Assembly (NCBI GenBank): GCA_964255105.1
Contig: CAXUWE010000007.1
Span: forward strand, 1 to 36,778
DNA length: 36,778 nt
Reading direction: 5' to 3'
DNA from: Porpidia crustulata
Taxonomy: Eukaryota
In this document: piece after piece, positions 33,151 through 36,778 of the stretch
Numbering within the stretch: the stretch's first letter is position 1
Layout of the letters: each line of letters opens with the position of its first letter
Position numbers and translations under genes: made by a program
Notes under the pieces: model-generated
What the model was told of the DNA's origin: nothing
The model's input: the letters and a program-made list of their open reading frames with translations, nothing else
The model's database searches: none

Positions 33151-35734
33151 TCAAGAATTGACGGATTGGTCTCCATATCCAAAGGGAATAGCTGTGACAG
33201 GCACAGACTTTGCTGCCCTTTGACATACACCTGTCGGCCAACTTCCCGGCGGATAACAACCGTTCGAAAAATTACGCACTGTATAAGCACCGTTTGGTGT
33301 CGTATTCAGATCGGTGAAGAAATTGAGCCTAGTCCCTGGAGCAATGACGCCTTCTTGGTCGTAGCATTCTATGAATTTTTTATCTGTCAACCCGGTCAGT
33401 ACATCGGCCCTACAGCATTCACAGACAAATATACTTCCACCGGAATCAAGACCCTGGGCGCCAACGGTTCCGCTCAGGTACGGGTCTCCTGCAGTGAAGT
33501 AGTAGACAGAGAAGAGAGCTGGGGCGTCTGTATCATAAGTGAGGATGAACTGATAGACAATTGGCTCAGTACTGTTGCTGGTAGCTATCAAGGGTGAGAG
33601 TATATATTCGACGGAAAGTTCTGTGTTCCGGCCATATTGATCTACCTGGTAATAAACGCCCTCTTCGTCAGAATTGTTTGCAACTAGGTCTTGCCAGTAA
33701 GGGAAAGCGACCCCGGACGGAATTTTGTTATTGTACAGAGCGCTGTTGTTAGCGTAGTCTTCCAGAGAGGTATTACTACCCAGAGCAAAGAGCTACGATG
33801 GAGATGTCAGGCTATCTGTCAAAGAGGGGAGAGAACGCTTTGAACATACTCCATTCGTGGTGACAGTGAAGAATGAGCTAATGGAGCTGAAAATTTGAAG
33901 CTGAGCCTGGTATGTTTCAAGCGAAACAGTTGCGGCATAATCGTGATACATATAAGAATTGGATGCATTTAAGATTATTGGTGTTGGCCGAGAAAGTCGA
34001 ATTCCAGCAGCGTACGTGCTTGAAGATGCCGACGAAAATGTCCTCGAGTTAACTGAACTCGTTGACAGAACTATGTTCTCACCAAGACTTGTGGGAGCTA
34101 GGCTCGAGCTGTTTGATAGTGGAAATGGAGTAAGTAGAGGAGAGATGCTGGAAGGATTAGACGAAGACGTTACGGTTAAACTTGGAGTACTGGAACTCTC
34201 TAATATTGACGCGTTCGAGCTTGGAGTGGGTGGTCGGCTCGTACCGTTGAGCATAGCGGGTGATGACAATGTGATCGAAGGGCTAAAAGTTTTCCCAGTC
34301 ACGCTAGAATTATCCATCACATGGGATGATGGTGGCGTGATTGGACTGGTTGCATCTGAGTGAACGTAACATTGACGTAGCTCGACCGGCTAGGGCTAGT
34401 GCTCTCCAACAATGAGGATAAAGACGTAAGGGGTTGACCGGATGTTGAAGATGCGGGGGGTGTAACGTTGAAGGACGGTGGGTAGCCAGAGCTAAAAGTA
34501 TTCGGCACTTGAGAGGGTGTGGTTGAATCCAATGGCGACGTTGAAACGGAAAAAGAGCTCGAACTAGGTGTACCGGAGCTATTGGGTGCTTGGGGTATGA
34601 AGGTTATGTTCAGGTGAGCTGAAGACGATGGAATCAGAGTGTTTGAGGTAGCTACACTAGAGCTGGCGAAACCTTGAGATGAGGACAATCCTGCTTGACT
34701 AGAAGCCGGTGGGTAGGTAGTGGGGTTCGAACTGAGCTCATCTGGACCAGGTGAAGAGCCCGGGGGTGAAGAGGTCCCCTGTGAGAAGGGTGTACTGAAG
34801 CCGGAAATCGATATGGAGCTGTGATTGTTCACACGTCGCTCATCAGACCCGGAAACAAGCAGTACGGCCGCTTATTTGGCGGACTTACCCGGTAGAATTG
34901 TATCCCGTGGGTGATAGAGTCGGCGCGAAGCTTGATAGCGACGGATCATTCGATGATGTCGAAGTGGAATAATTTCCAGAGAACAAGTTCGATGCGGCCG
35001 GGGAAAGACTTGACATTGAAAGCAAATCAGACGAGCTCAAAGGCTTTAGGCAAGGGAATTCTATAAAAGTCAGTATCTAGTATCCTTGGGTCAGAATATG
35101 GGTCACCTCCGAAGGTAGCGAGCAATGCGACTGGAGAGCAACCAGTAGGAACTTGCCCTTGGAAGATCGCGAGGACGGTATCTTTCAAGACGCAGAACGA
35201 AGCTAAGCCATTACTAAAGGCAGCATTGCTCCATACCAGATAGCCTGCTGCCAACGAGAAATCTGTCGTTATTGGACCCAGTTGTGCGGATACTGCAAAG
35301 CTTGCTACAGGCTCTTTGGATGAAGTCGAAACGAACAAACCCTCACTTTCTAGCTGAGACCTCTGCAATGTGAAGATTGTCCCTTCCTCGCAGTTTGGTG
35401 TCCGCTGGCCATTCGAGCCAAGGTAGAACGGACTGCCACTTCGACGTCGTACATTGCGGGAGTCGTCAGGGGTCACCTTAAAGGAAATATTTTTCGCACT
35501 ATCACTCGGTGGGCTTCAAGTCATAGTCAGCCACCCTCAAACGAGAGCCGTTGTGTCAGGATTGTGTATTTACGGGCTTTGTGAGTCAATGCTACTGCTA
35601 GAAATGACGGATGAGAACGAATATGATGCGGCTGCACATGGTCCGGTTGCTATGCGAGTTGTACTCACGGCGCCTGCAACGGCTGAGAGAGGAAAGGCCG
35701 CAGCGACAACCAAGAAATTTAATGACAGCTTCAT
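33151..35734 (-). CDS. Secreted modular glycoprotein: signal peptide + small Cys-containing beta domain + long Ser/Thr/Pro stalk + NIDO-like domain; apparent frameshift at about 34320-34390 (possible pseudogene or sequence error)
   Basis: ATG at 35734 (MKLSLNFLVVAAAFPLSAVAG). Introns 35573-35514, 35106-35061, 34888-34819, 33849-33793 and probably 33434-33384. N-domain YLGSNG..C...FTL..SQL...ITTDFS...LVWSNAAF..G.ASFC...P.GC..V.L. C-domain VTTNG|LFAL...VAFPYWQDL...GVYYQ...LSVEY...YQF...GTVGAQG. The Ser/Thr-rich reading switches frame near 34360. Confidence 0.75.
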
Positions 35735-36122
35735 AATGGAGGTACTTGAGATACATCATGACTGGCGAAACGCGGAGTAATAAAGCTGCTCGCAAAACGC
35801 GCAATTGTGGAATGGGAAGCGCGAGCTAGGAATGTAGCCATGCACCTTCTATCAACAAAATATTTTTCAAGCTGGATAATGGATGGTACAATAGTGATTA
35901 TTGGATAATTTTCCTAGTCACTTACATGTGGATGTAGAGGACCTGCAGCCTCGTTCCCATCCACAAATTACCTGGATAATTCCACCATGCAATTGAAAAA
36001 TTATCAGAACCTAGCAGCTTGAGCTGGCAAGCACGCCAAAATAACACACTTATTCAACGTCATACCGCACAGAACGCTGATGAGATAACATTGATAAGAA
36101 ATGCAAAAAGATGTCGGTCAAG

Positions 36123-36133
36123 AAAATAAAAAA
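36123..36133 (-). terminator. RNA polymerase III oligo-T terminator of tRNA-His
   Basis: TTTTTTATTTT on the minus strand immediately after the discriminator base. Confidence 0.8.
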
Positions 36134-36249
36134 TGGCGGCACCCGGAATCGAACCGGGATCGGAACGGAATATAGTGAGTAGAACACCGGCAGAGCGTGG
36201 AAACCATGAATAACCACAACGTTACGTGCTACCATTACACCATGCCACC
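36134..36249 (-). tRNA. tRNA-His: tRNA-His (GUG) with a 45-nt canonical intron
   Basis: Minus strand GGTGGCA-TG-GTGTAATGGTAGCAC-G-TAACG-TT-GTG-G [intron 36213-36169] C-CGTTC-CGAT-CCCGG-TTCGATT-CCGGG-TGCCGCC-A. Acceptor, D and T stems pair, and A- and B-boxes are present. Confidence 0.95.
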
Positions 36250-36778
36250 AGATATATTTGTATACCTTTAATACCCATCATGAATTATATGTTGAGTTGA
36301 ACTGTGAGCGATGACTAATATGGATGAAGCGGGAGTTCTGCTTTGAATCTGGTTAGCCTGACTTTTTTTATCACGTGCTCGACTAGGTCGGTGTTTATCT
36401 TAGTCATTTTCGTTAGCTATCCACGATCTATTTGCCTCAGTTCTTAGACGTACCTCGCTAAGCCCCTTCGGATCAGCTAGCGTCGATTTAACTGACTACG
36501 CAGCGTGTCGACGATACGTCTGAGTGCAAAACTAATGTTTTTAGTCAGATATACGTTGAAATAACGATGCTAAATGTGCGTTTTACAACAACGATCGATT
36601 AGATTTCAATTTCTGTACACGGAATCTCTTCTGATGAATTTATTATGACTTTGTATAATGTTTTATTTTATGTCTATTGTGCGTGCGTTGTTAACAAGAG
36701 CAATTCTGATTCGATTTGCTAAGAAATGTTACGATCAGACCTTCCCCAACATCCCCAGCAGCCCACCGGATCAAGGTG

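Noticed and set aside
32935..34363. Plus-strand ORFs 32935-33597 and 33959-34363
   Set aside because: Antisense shadows of the secreted NIDO-like gene, whose minus-strand splice sites and motifs are coherent.
1..36778. Transposons, CRISPR arrays, secondary-metabolite cluster, inteins in POL2
   Set aside because: No transposase, RT or integrase motifs, no LTR/TIR pairs, no repeat-spacer arrays, no PKS/NRPS genes; POL2 has normal length and motif spacing.

Overview
Gene-dense nuclear DNA from a filamentous ascomycete. Short GT-AG introns with CTRAY branch sites point to Pezizomycotina; a lichen-forming Lecanoromycete is only a guess. There are no prokaryotic features, CRISPR arrays or intact transposons. 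I spliced 11 protein genes by hand: MRX7-like(+), POL2(-), COX20(+), AMSH-like JAMM deubiquitinase(-), MTF1(+), APC1(-), NUP37(+), eIF2A(-), RfeF-like(-), a PB1...UBA-like protein(-), and a secreted Ser/Thr-rich protein with a NIDO-like C-terminal domain and an apparent frameshift(-). There is also an intron-containing tRNA-His(GUG)(-). Most of the window is housekeeping. The best second-look items are: (1) a p62/NBR1-like PB1 protein with a 77-codon internal duplication of its UBA-like module; (2) a cryptic spliced 52-aa signal-peptide-bearing cationic peptide between MTF1 and APC1; (3) orphan or decaying coding remnants in every tail-to-tail junction; (4) a mirrored C-rich/G-rich high-GC block at the 3' ends of both POL2 and APC1; (5) a stop-interrupted COX20 tail; (6) telomere-repeat motifs in promoters. 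None of these is proof of a new system. All family calls are from motif recognition, not database searches.
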